Shown in pieces: positions 62,891 to 64,000 of a stretch of DNA of 64,000 nucleotides. Position 1 is the stretch's first letter. Every line of letters starts with the position of its first letter. The notes beneath the pieces are model-generated. The model searched no databases. It was not told the origin of the DNA and saw nothing but the letters and a program-made list of their open reading frames with translations. The DNA comes from Ophelia neglecta (taxonomy: Eukaryota): positions 70,122,001 to 70,186,000 of the forward strand of contig OZ260663.1 in NCBI GenBank assembly GCA_965285935.1, in the 5' to 3' direction. The translations under genes and the position numbers were made by a program.

Positions 62891-64000
62891 CATTTTGAAT
62901 GGAGGCAGGCTCTGCTCTGATACAGTATTTCCCATGATGCACTGCTTTTGCTTGGCAACATCAAATATGGCATCAAGTATGGCTGCAAATGATACAGAGG
63001 ACAGATTTTCCCAAAATGCAAAAGCTTTTTGACTGCAAAACGCACACAGCGCAACGCAATCTCGCATACATTAGCACAACCACAGAAGTTTCAGCAACAA
63101 TCGGTGAAGATTTCAGGCACATCGGTTTGTTGAGGATCCGGGAAATCCATATTGCACTACTCTATTATAATTATAGATATTTAACAGACACCCCCTCCAA
63201 CCCTCTTGCAAATGGCAGCAGCAGCAGCTGAGGACATGGCCAAATACATCAGCTGCAATAAATATCAAAAAAAGGGTGGGAGGCAAAAATCCACAGATGA
63301 AATGCATACACAGATTTAGCCCATATTATTTGAATAGAGTAAGTTTATGGGTTTTAGTCTTAACTGACCTACTTGCCAAGGTTTCCCCCAGTTTTGTAAA
63401 TTAATCAAGCTTTTATTTTAATCAAAAGAAAAAAAATCCAACAAATGTGCTTGCTGTGGCATTTCAAAAATGTTAGACAATGTGTCTTTATTACAAATTC
63501 TATCCTATTATGATAAACTCTCTCTGTGTAACCTAAAATAAACTTCAAAATAAAAAAATAATTTTTCTAATAAAAATGGGCTACTAATTTTAAGTAGTAT
63601 CATGCAGCACTTTAAACGGAGGTAGTTGACTCTCCAGAGAGAAAACCTGGAAAGTATCACATCCATCATGGCACACTCATTAACCTAGTGGGAATGAAGC
63701 AGGTGTCTATGTGTGTGGTAGGGAGGGGGAGAGCTGTCAAGCGAGCTACGTAGTACTCACCACGTACTAGTTTGACAGAAACCCACTTACCCATCCCCCC
63801 CCCCCCCCCCCCCAACCCAACCAACATCCATCACGACTTCCACACTGCACCGGATGTAGCTGTATAGTTATCTTCAGATTTACTTACATGACAACGGCAA
63901 ATTTCTTCTTGAAACATCCAAACGCATCGGTGTTAATATCATGCTCCTATGTAAAATACTTAAAAGTTTTCTTATTTAGCAAGGTTTAAGTATATCATAT

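Overview
AT-rich (about 36% GC by eye) eukaryotic DNA with spliceosomal introns, from a marine-invertebrate-like genome; taxon not determinable from sequence alone. Host genes: (1) the last five coding exons of an UNC-93/UNC93A-like MFS membrane protein (+, 986-4027); (2) two diverged paralogues, each with one coding exon of ~360 aa (+, 30774-31862 and 49441-50520), that read as small heat-shock-like proteins with a Ser/Pro-rich N-terminus and two tandem alpha-crystallin-like domains; (3) the last four coding exons of a divergent RP9/PAP-1-like splicing factor (-, 54249-60882), with a GC-AG intron and a tandem duplicate of its terminal exon carrying a nonsense change. Mobile DNA dominates the rest: a full-length, apparently intact RTEX-like LINE (-, 35370-40977) with a 9-bp TSD, L2 fragments, two inverted Helentron-associated (HINE/DINE-1-like) elements with internal tandem arrays, a 2.2-kb non-autonomous element with ~294-bp TIRs and a 6-bp TSD, several TA-flanked MITEs, and a decayed ~1.4-kb coding remnant that may be Academ-like. 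The best candidates for something new are the dual-ACD paralogue pair with a conserved acceptor-adjacent uORF, the CAC..GTG/6-bp-TSD element with a possible in-frame cassette exon, and the strong excess of TAGGCCTA. All family assignments come from recalled motifs, not database searches.
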